NCBI GenBank assembly: GCA_958295515.1
Contig: CATQGW010000001.1
Location: 580,923-644,922, forward strand
Reading direction: 5' to 3'
From: an uncultured Dehalococcoidia bacterium
Lineage (GTDB): Bacteria; Chloroflexota; Dehalococcoidia; Bin125
DNA length: 64,000 nucleotides
Shown piece by piece: positions 57,287-64,000 of the stretch. The position numbers were made by a program, and so were the translations under genes. The notes below the pieces were generated by a model. That model was not told the DNA's origin. It worked only from the letters and a program-made list of their open reading frames with translations, and searched no databases. Numbering within the stretch: position 1 is the first letter of the stretch; every line of letters starts with the position of its first letter.

Positions 57287-58111
57287 GTGTCGCAGCTCGA
57301 ACGCTACATCCAGGATCCCGTTGGCGCGCTGCGCGGCCTTTGGGACGACATCGGCTGGCGCACCGTGCTCATCGCCGGCTTCCTGATCTTCTGGCTCGAA
57401 ACCTCCGTGGCGCTGGCCGGATCGTCAGTCATCAACGATTCGGTCGTCTGGTTGGGGATGGAACTCACGCTGGTGCTGATCGTCCGCATCGCTGTCGGGC
57501 GTTCCTACAGCGGCGACCTGCGCGACCCCGCCAACATGACCGTGCTGCTGGCGATCGTCACGCTCGCGATGGCCGAAGTCGCCGCCGCGTTGAGCGGCGG
57601 CGGCGACTGGCTGGCCGCCCAGACCATCTCCTGGCCCTACTCGCTGATCGCGATCTTCTGCCTCGTCGTCTCGCGGCTGCTGGCGCCGGTGATCAGCCAG
57701 CCGGCCAATGTCTTCACCATGCTCTTCATCTTCTTCACGTTCTGGCTGGAAACGGCCGACTGGCTGGCCGGCGCCTCGGTGCCGGCCTCGGCCGGCTACG
57801 TGCGCTGGGCGGTGGCGATGGTCGCGCTCGCGCTGATCGCGCGCGGCATCGTCGGGCGCGGCTTCAGCGGCTCGATCACCAGCCCGCTCAACCTCGCCGC
57901 GTTGTTCACCATCGTCGGCATCCTCTGGGTTGAGATCGGCATGTACTTCGCCGGCGGCGGCGGCGGGTTCGCCGCCAAAGCGCTGGCCTGGCCCTGGCAG
58001 CTGCTGTTCATCGGCACCGCGTTGATCGCTCGTGTCGCCGCCGGATACCTCTCCAGCTACATTGCTGCGCGCAGCCCCAGCGGGGAACCGCAGGATGCCG
58101 CCCGCGCCTGA
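57287..58111 (+). CDS. Unknown polytopic membrane protein with internal duplication
   Basis: GGAGGAG RBS before GTG; about 8 TM; FWLET..R...GR..SG...P.N..WP unit occurs twice. Confidence 0.8.
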   Translation: MSQLERYIQDPVGALRGLWDDIGWRTVLIAGFLIFWLETSVALAGSSVINDSVVWLGMELTLVLIVRIAVGRSYSGDLRDPANMTVLLAIVTLAMAEVAAALSGGGDWLAAQTISWPYSLIAIFCLVVSRLLAPVISQPANVFTMLFIFFTFWLETADWLAGASVPASAGYVRWAVAMVALALIARGIVGRGFSGSITSPLNLAALFTIVGILWVEIGMYFAGGGGGFAAKALAWPWQLLFIGTALIARVAAGYLSSYIAARSPSGEPQDAARA

Positions 58112-58124
58112 AAGGAGCCGCACG

Positions 58125-58880
58125 ATGACCGACCTCGCCCGCCAGCTGTGGGACGACACGGGCTGGCGCACGATCCTCATTGCCCTGGCGCCGGTGTTCC
58201 TACTCCAGACGGGGATGGAGCTCGGCGGCAATCCCGGCGGGACGGGTCTGCTCTGGACGGCGATGCTGATCACCCTGCTGCTGGTCTGCCGCGCGCTGAC
58301 CTTGCGCCGGCTCAGCGGCGGCCCCACCGACCCCGAAAACCTCTTCCTGTTTCTCTCAATCGGCGGGATCATCCTCACACAGGTGCTCTACGCCTTCACC
58401 AGCGTCGGTGCGACTTTGCTCGACCAGCCGATCTTCTGGCCGTTCACCCTGATCATCTACGGGATCCTGATCGGATCGCGGCTGGCCGCGCCGTACCTGA
58501 CCAACCCCCTCAACGTCTGGATTCTCGTCCTGCTCTTCCCGTACTACTGGATGCTGGTGGTGACCTGGCGGTTCAACGCGACCTTCCCTGAGCCGCCGTT
58601 CGTCTGGAGCGTCGCGCTGGTGGCGTTCGCGATCCTCGCCCGAGCCGTCGCCGGGCGCGGCTTGGGCGGACCGCTGATGAGTCCGCTCAACGTGCTGACC
58701 GGGCTCTTCATCGTGCTGATGCTGTGGGTGGAGTACGCCTTCCAGATCAGCGGCGTAGGCGCGGATCCGTTCGGCGAACAGGAGATGTACTGGCCGTGGT
58801 TCTTGATCATCGCCGGTCTGGCCGTGGGCTGCCGCATCGCAGCCCCGCGCCTCGCCGCGCTGTGCCCGCTCTCGAAGTAG
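58125..58880 (+). CDS. Unknown polytopic membrane protein, paralogue of the preceding gene
   Basis: AAGGAG RBS; shares LWDDxGWRT, DPxN, SPLN and WPW. Confidence 0.8.
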   Translation: MTDLARQLWDDTGWRTILIALAPVFLLQTGMELGGNPGGTGLLWTAMLITLLLVCRALTLRRLSGGPTDPENLFLFLSIGGIILTQVLYAFTSVGATLLDQPIFWPFTLIIYGILIGSRLAAPYLTNPLNVWILVLLFPYYWMLVVTWRFNATFPEPPFVWSVALVAFAILARAVAGRGLGGPLMSPLNVLTGLFIVLMLWVEYAFQISGVGADPFGEQEMYWPWFLIIAGLAVGCRIAAPRLAALCPLSK

Positions 58881-58885
58881 AGCGG

Positions 58886-59671
58886 CTATTGCCCAACGCC
58901 GAAGAACTCGAACAGCGGCGGGTAGCGGTTGATGTTCGCGCCGCCGTCGATGAAGAGCGTCTGTCCCGTCATCAGCGACGAGGCGTCGCTGGCCAGGTAG
59001 AGCGCCAGCTGGGCGATGTCCTCCGGCTCGCCGATTCGCCCGATTGGGGCTTCGTTGACGAAGGCCTCTTCGAGGCCGGGTACATCGCGCAGGCCCTGCG
59101 TGAGCGGGGTGCTGATCAGACCTGGTCCGATGGCATTGACGCGGATGTCGTGGCGTCCGAGTTCGAGCGCGGCGACTTTGGTGAGCATGGCGACACCGGC
59201 TTTGGCGGAGCAGTAGGCGGAGAGTCCCTCGGTGGCCTGCATTGCGTTGAGGCTGGCGGTGTTGATCAGGCTGCCGCCGCCGCCCTGCGCGATTAACTGC
59301 TTCGCCTCGTGCTTAATGCAGAGGAACACTCCGGTCAGACAGACATCGAGCACGCGGCGGAATGCGTCCAGATCGTAATCCTGGATCGGCGCGAAGCCGC
59401 CGATGCCGGCGTTGTTGAAGGCGATGTCGAGCCGTCCGAAGTGCTGGACGCAGGCATTGACCATCGCCGCCGCGTCGTCCTCGTTGGTCACGTCGCCGCC
59501 GACCGCCGCAGCGCCGGGGCCGATCTCTCGCGCGGCTTCGGCGACGCCGTCGGCGTTGCGGTCGGCCAGGACCACGCTCGCGCCTGCTTCGGCGAAGATC
59601 TGCGCGGCGCGGAGGCCGATGCCCGACGCGCCGCCGGTGACCAGCGCGACTTTGCCGTCGAGAGCAGCCAT
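58886..59671 (-). CDS. SDR oxidoreductase, close paralogue of 56382-57176
   Basis: TGGASGIG, YCSAK; shares RLDIAFNNAGI and KHEAKQLIAQG. Confidence 0.92.
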   Translation of the reverse strand: MAALDGKVALVTGGASGIGLRAAQIFAEAGASVVLADRNADGVAEAAREIGPGAAAVGGDVTNEDDAAAMVNACVQHFGRLDIAFNNAGIGGFAPIQDYDLDAFRRVLDVCLTGVFLCIKHEAKQLIAQGGGGSLINTASLNAMQATEGLSAYCSAKAGVAMLTKVAALELGRHDIRVNAIGPGLISTPLTQGLRDVPGLEEAFVNEAPIGRIGEPEDIAQLALYLASDASSLMTGQTLFIDGGANINRYPPLFEFFGVGQ

Positions 59672-59688
59672 GTGCGTTGCCTTCCCTA

Positions 59689-60678
59689 TCAGCCGCCGCG
59701 CGCGCCGGCGGCGACAGCGGCTCGATTCTCGTGCGTGGTATGCGGCGGGATCGAGCAGCCGCCGGTGACGAAGACGCGGCTCGGGCCGATCGCGGCCGCT
59801 TCGCGCGCCTGCGCGCCGACTTGCTCAGCGCCTAGTTCGCCGAGCCCGGTGCGGCTCACGCCGCCCATCACCGCCTTGTCGGTTTCGGCCCAGACATCGG
59901 CAAGGTTGGCGTTGGTTTCGTGGCGGTCGTCCCAGTTGATCGCGGCGACCGGGTAGTCGAGCAGGTCTGCCAGCATGTTGTTGCTGTGACAGACATGCAG
60001 CACGTTGAAGGGCGCGTCGGAGATCGCGTCCAGCACCTGCATGTCGTAGGGGCGGCCGAACTCGCGGTAGAAGTCGGGGGTGGCGTTGTCGTGGCTGGCC
60101 CACTGCAACGGCGCGTAGAAGACGCCGCTCGCGCCCACGTTCAGGTTTGCGCGGCTGTAGTTGATGATCGTCTCAGTGATCCGGCCGATCGCGCCGTGTA
60201 CCGCGGCCGGCGCTTCCGCCGCGGCCTGCTTGAGCGCGCGCGGGTGGCCGAACATCAAGCCCAGCACCGACATCGGCGAAAAGACGGTCTGGATCACGTC
60301 TACTTCTCCGCCGGTTCCCTCAACGACCAGCCGCGTGGACTCGACATGCTCGCCCAGCACGCCGCGCTCGGCATGCACCGAGGCCACATCGGCCAGCTGG
60401 TCGAGCGTCTCCAGCGCCGCCGTGACCAGCGTCTGGTTGGTCTGCTCCGTGGGCGGTTCGTAGACCGCGCCCCAGGCTTCGGGGAACATCGACCAGCGCG
60501 GGTTGATCTTGATGAAGTCCCAGTCGTAGCGCTCGTACTGCTCGAGCGTCTCGCCGACCAGCTCGTCGTTGCCCCACTCGCGCAGGAAGTTGTGGCCCCA
60601 GAGGGAGGCGGGCGCGCGGTCCACCGGCTCGCCGCTCGCCGCCGCGGCGACGCGCTCGCGCTTGCTCATCGTGGTCAT
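59689..60678 (-). CDS. Uroporphyrinogen decarboxylase superfamily protein (URO-D/MtaA-like)
   Basis: MSKRERV..A..GEPVDR, FSP, FGRPYD, LHVC, GCSIP. Confidence 0.8.
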   Translation of the reverse strand: MTTMSKRERVAAAASGEPVDRAPASLWGHNFLREWGNDELVGETLEQYERYDWDFIKINPRWSMFPEAWGAVYEPPTEQTNQTLVTAALETLDQLADVASVHAERGVLGEHVESTRLVVEGTGGEVDVIQTVFSPMSVLGLMFGHPRALKQAAAEAPAAVHGAIGRITETIINYSRANLNVGASGVFYAPLQWASHDNATPDFYREFGRPYDMQVLDAISDAPFNVLHVCHSNNMLADLLDYPVAAINWDDRHETNANLADVWAETDKAVMGGVSRTGLGELGAEQVGAQAREAAAIGPSRVFVTGGCSIPPHTTHENRAAVAAGARGG

Positions 60679-60694
60679 CTCTACGTTCCTTCCG

Positions 60695-62074
60695 CTACTC
60701 GCTCAATTCGGTTGTGCTGCGCCAGTCGAGCGCAAACAGCCGCTGCGGCTCCTCGATGCCGCGCAGCCGATGTTCTCCCCGCTCCTGGAAACGATAACCC
60801 CGCCCCTGCACCAGTCCGCGCACCAGGTCCGAGACCAGGATGTCGTGGCCCTCGGCCTGGGCCATAATCCGCGCCGCGCGATTGACTGTCACGCCGTAGA
60901 GATCGTCGGCCTCCTCGATCGGCTCGCCGGCGTTGACGCCGATGCGCACGCGCACATCGCGGCTCTCCGCGGCGAACTCGCGCTCCACCGACTGCTCAAT
61001 CCGAATCGCCGCGTCGAGCGCGCTGGACGCCAGCCGGAACCAGGCCATGAAGCCGTCGCCCATCGTCTTCACCTCAACGCCGCCGTGGGCGCGCAGCGCC
61101 TCGCGCGTCAGCTGCTCCACGCGCCGCACAATTTCCCGCGCCGCCTGGTCGCCCAGTCGGTCCGCCAGGTCCGTCGAACCCTCGATATCCGTGAAGATCA
61201 CCGTGCGCGTGGCCTCGATTGTGCGCGTTCGCTCGCGCCGATCGCCCTGCACGAAGCGATCCACCGTGTCGGCCAGCTCGTCGATCGAGGGCGCGCCCGA
61301 GCGCAGCAGCGAGGCGCCGCTGCGCTGCACCGAGAGCTGCGCCTGCGGGATCGCCTGCGCCCACGCGCGCCCGCCTCCGTGCGCGCCCTCCTCCGGCGTC
61401 ACCGCGATCAGCGTCGGCGTCTGGATGCGCTGCAGGTCGCGCACGAATTCGAGTGAACGCATCTCCGGCATCAGCTGCAGCAGGCGCTCCACGCTCACGT
61501 AGTCGTGCATGCTCTCCGACAGATCGCGCAGCGTGTTCGTATCGAGGTCCGGCGCAATCAAGGTCAGCAGCGCGCGGCGGGCCGGCGCCCGATGGTGCCG
61601 CCAGCCCAGCCGCAGCAGATGGTCGACGACTTCATCCGACAGCTCGTGCTCCTCGCGGTGCTCTTGCGAGTCCGAGCGCGGGCCTGAAGGCGTGGGGCTG
61701 TGCAGGATCAGATGGCTGAAGCGCTCCGGGTCGTTGAGCACGCTGATCACTGCGGCCGGCGTGCCGATGTAGATGCCGAGCAGGGAGACCTGCGGCGCGC
61801 CCAGCGCATTGACCACCGCTTCGAGGTCGCGCGCTTCGTCGTGGAACGAGCCGTGGATGTTGCCGCGGTCCGAAAGCCCGCAGCCGCGCGGATCGAAGCG
61901 CACGACCTGGAAGTGCTCGGCCAGCCGCGACCAGAGCCCGCCCTCGCTCCAGCCCAAGCCGAGCGGCACCATCGGGCCGGTCGAGACGACCAGCGGCGGA
62001 CCGTCGCCCTGCGCGGTGTAGGCGATCGCCACGCCGTCGTCGGAGCGCGCATATCGGATCGGCGGCGCGAGCAT
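60695..62074 (-). CDS. Alpha/beta-hydrolase-fold plus class III adenylate cyclase fusion (LipJ-like)
   Basis: FDPRGCGLSDR; FTDIEGST, VKTMGDG, DLYGVTVNRAARI. Confidence 0.88.
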   Translation of the reverse strand: MLAPPIRYARSDDGVAIAYTAQGDGPPLVVSTGPMVPLGLGWSEGGLWSRLAEHFQVVRFDPRGCGLSDRGNIHGSFHDEARDLEAVVNALGAPQVSLLGIYIGTPAAVISVLNDPERFSHLILHSPTPSGPRSDSQEHREEHELSDEVVDHLLRLGWRHHRAPARRALLTLIAPDLDTNTLRDLSESMHDYVSVERLLQLMPEMRSLEFVRDLQRIQTPTLIAVTPEEGAHGGGRAWAQAIPQAQLSVQRSGASLLRSGAPSIDELADTVDRFVQGDRRERTRTIEATRTVIFTDIEGSTDLADRLGDQAAREIVRRVEQLTREALRAHGGVEVKTMGDGFMAWFRLASSALDAAIRIEQSVEREFAAESRDVRVRIGVNAGEPIEEADDLYGVTVNRAARIMAQAEGHDILVSDLVRGLVQGRGYRFQERGEHRLRGIEEPQRLFALDWRSTTELSE

Positions 62075-62111
62075 GGATGCAGTCTAGGCAAGCCGCCGCC
62101 GCGGCGACCGC

Positions 62112-62861
62112 TCAGAGGCCCTGGGTCATGCCGCCGTCGATGACGAACTCGGCGCCGTTGCAGTATTCGCTGTCGTCGGAGACGAGGAAGAGCGCCAGCT
62201 TGGCGACCTCGACCGCCTCTGCGACGCGGCCATAGGGGATCCGCCGCACGATCTGGCCGAGCTGGCCGGCCTCGACGCCGGGCAGTTGTTGCAGCATCGG
62301 CGTGTCGATCAGGCCGGGGTGGATCGAGTTGACGCGCACGCCGGAGGGTGCGAACTCGGACATCGCCACCTTGGTCATGCCGCGCACGGCCCACTTGCTG
62401 GCGCTGTAGGCGAGCGAACCGGCGCCGCCGCGCGTGCCGGCGATCGAGGAGATGTTGACGATCGCGCCCGAGCCGGCCGCGGCCATCACCGGTCCGACAT
62501 GCTTGAGGCCGAGGAAGACGCCGACCTGGTTGATGTCGATCACCAGCCGGTATTCCTCGAGCGTGGTCTGGGCGATGGGCGTCGAGCGGAAGATGCCGGC
62601 GTTGTTGATGAAGGCGTCGATTTTGCCGTGGTCTTCGAGCACTTCGGCGACGACCGACTGCCACTCGCCCTCCTGCGTCACGTCGTGGTGCAGGTAGGAG
62701 ACGCCGTCGGCGCTCTCGGCGAGGGACTGGCCGTCGTCGTCAAGCACATCGGTGATCACGACGCGCGCGCCCTCGGAAGCGAAGAGCAGCGCCTCGGCCG
62801 CCCCCTGCCCGCGCGCGCCGCCGGTGATCAGCGCCACTTTGCCGTCAAGTCGTCCAGCCAT
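62112..62861 (-). CDS. SDR oxidoreductase (3-alpha,20-beta-HSD-like)
   Basis: TGGARGQG, YSASKWAVRGMTK, NSIHPG. Confidence 0.9.
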   Translation of the reverse strand: MAGRLDGKVALITGGARGQGAAEALLFASEGARVVITDVLDDDGQSLAESADGVSYLHHDVTQEGEWQSVVAEVLEDHGKIDAFINNAGIFRSTPIAQTTLEEYRLVIDINQVGVFLGLKHVGPVMAAAGSGAIVNISSIAGTRGGAGSLAYSASKWAVRGMTKVAMSEFAPSGVRVNSIHPGLIDTPMLQQLPGVEAGQLGQIVRRIPYGRVAEAVEVAKLALFLVSDDSEYCNGAEFVIDGGMTQGL

Positions 62862-62987
62862 TTTGCGCTCCGTTCTCAAGCTCAGGTTCAGTGCGCGCAG
62901 GCTAACGGCACGGCCATTTCATTGCGCCTCGCTGGGCGGGTAGGCGGTGTTCAGGTTGGTTGAGGATGATGGTTGGGGCAGCTTGGA

Positions 62988-63425
62988 TTAGCTGTTCGGC
63001 TCTGGGGGGAGCACGACGTAGGTGCCGTTGCCGTGGGCGATGTGGCGGTCTTGGGCGTCGTAGAGGTCGACGGAGCAGTGGCTGAGTGTGCGGCCGCGGC
63101 GGATGACCTGGGCGCGGGCGCGGATGGTGTCGCCTTCGAGACCGCGCAGCCAGCGGAACTCGGATTGGGCGGTGATCACCCGCTCACCCGCAGCCTGGAC
63201 GGTGCCGAGCGCGCCGCCCATCGCCGAGTCGGCGACGAGCAGCCAGACGCCGCCGTGGACGATGCCGTAGAGGTTGTGGGTGCGCTCGGTGGCGGTGAGG
63301 GTGATTTCGCACCAGCCGTCGCCAGCGTCCGTGAAGCGGTAGCCGAGGTCGCCGAAGAGGGCGACGGCCTGCATTTCGCGCTGGGCGGGGTAGCGCTCCA
63401 GGATGTCGTCGTTGGACACGGACAC
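62988..63425 (-). CDS. PaaI-family hotdog thioesterase
   Basis: NLYGIVHGG..ADSAMG; start approximate. Confidence 0.85.
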   Translation of the reverse strand: MSVSNDDILERYPAQREMQAVALFGDLGYRFTDAGDGWCEITLTATERTHNLYGIVHGGVWLLVADSAMGGALGTVQAAGERVITAQSEFRWLRGLEGDTIRARAQVIRRGRTLSHCSVDLYDAQDRHIAHGNGTYVVLPPEPNS

Positions 63426-63430
63426 GGGCG

Positions 63431-63916
63431 CTAGCGCTGCGAGCGCTGGATCGTGCCGCGGTGCTCCTCGAAGTGCTCGCGCATATAGCGGAACGAGTCC
63501 TCTACGGTGCGGTCTTCGCCCAGGTGCCGCGCGCCGTTGGTCCACTCGTCGTCGCCCACCTGCTCAAGCATCGCCAGCGCGGCCTTGTGGCCCTCGTCGT
63601 AGAGGTCGCGCACCGAATCGCGCGTCGCGCCGCGGCTGCGCACGCGTATGAACGTGGCCGCGGCCACATCCAGCACCGGCATCAGGAAGCCCGGCGGGTT
63701 CACGCCCTTGCCTTGCCGCAGCCGGCCGACGCTTTGCGTGATCAGCGTCATGCCCAGCGCCATGTGGTAGCAGAGCTGGCCGTTGCTCCAGGACTGGCCG
63801 CGCGACTTGCGCCGCCAGTCGGCGTCGCTCATGCCCGCGATCAGCTCGTGGTAGTCGCTGCGGGTGGTCTCCAGCAGCGCCTGAATTTCGCTCCGTTTGG
63901 TCGTCTCGGTGGTCAT
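63431..63916 (-). CDS. DinB/YfiT-like metal-binding protein
   Basis: WS...LCYH and C-terminal EHFEEH; GGAGG RBS. Confidence 0.75.
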   Translation of the reverse strand: MTTETTKRSEIQALLETTRSDYHELIAGMSDADWRRKSRGQSWSNGQLCYHMALGMTLITQSVGRLRQGKGVNPPGFLMPVLDVAAATFIRVRSRGATRDSVRDLYDEGHKAALAMLEQVGDDEWTNGARHLGEDRTVEDSFRYMREHFEEHRGTIQRSQR

Positions 63917-63958
63917 CTCGGTCGCCTCCGCGTTCCCCGGTCGGGCGGGTGGGTCGGC

Positions 63959-64000
63959 TCAGATCGCGGTGTACCAGTCGCGGATCGCCTGCCCGATTTC
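63959..64000 (-). CDS. 3' end of a gene cut by the window edge, possibly a haloalkane dehalogenase-type hydrolase
   Basis: Only EIGQAIRDWYTAI* is visible. Confidence 0.4.
   Translation of the reverse strand, partial: EIGQAIRDWYTAI

Noticed and set aside
59689-60678. hemE or a corrinoid methyltransferase system
   Set aside because: Lacks the HemE RQAGR motif and there are no corrinoid-protein neighbours; only a superfamily call is supported.

Overview
High-GC bacterial chromosomal window. Gene content (paired giant FtsX-like permeases, many SDR/CoA-transferase/enoyl-CoA hydratase paralogues, an LLM monooxygenase, a split cytochrome b6-type complex) suggests Chloroflexota, Dehalococcoidia-like; this is inference, as no marker gene is present. 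The backbone carries ilvD, lgt, cysH, an Rrf2-cysK-Ubl::E1-cysO-cysM-rhodanese-JAMM sulfur-carrier operon running into folP/folK, purF-purM, a Rieske/cytochrome b complex, a 7TM-HD phosphohydrolase, purQ-purL, a RelE-type TA pair and acyl-CoA/SDR catabolic genes. Three compositionally foreign, defence-like cassettes sit between host genes at 11.8-26.4 kb with no integrase or transposase: an ABC/AAA ATPase plus PIN pair, a three-gene GHKL-ATPase operon with two unknown partners (best candidate for an undescribed system), and a GmrSD-HEPN fusion. Other observations: two tandem microproteins missed by the ORF track, a PetN-like peptide ahead of cytochrome b6, an SDR interrupted by one in-frame TAG, a pair of internally duplicated unknown membrane proteins, a REP-like repeat cluster and repeated leaderless-promoter signatures. 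No rRNA, tRNA, CRISPR array or transposase was recognised. All calls come from reading motifs by eye; no database searches were run.
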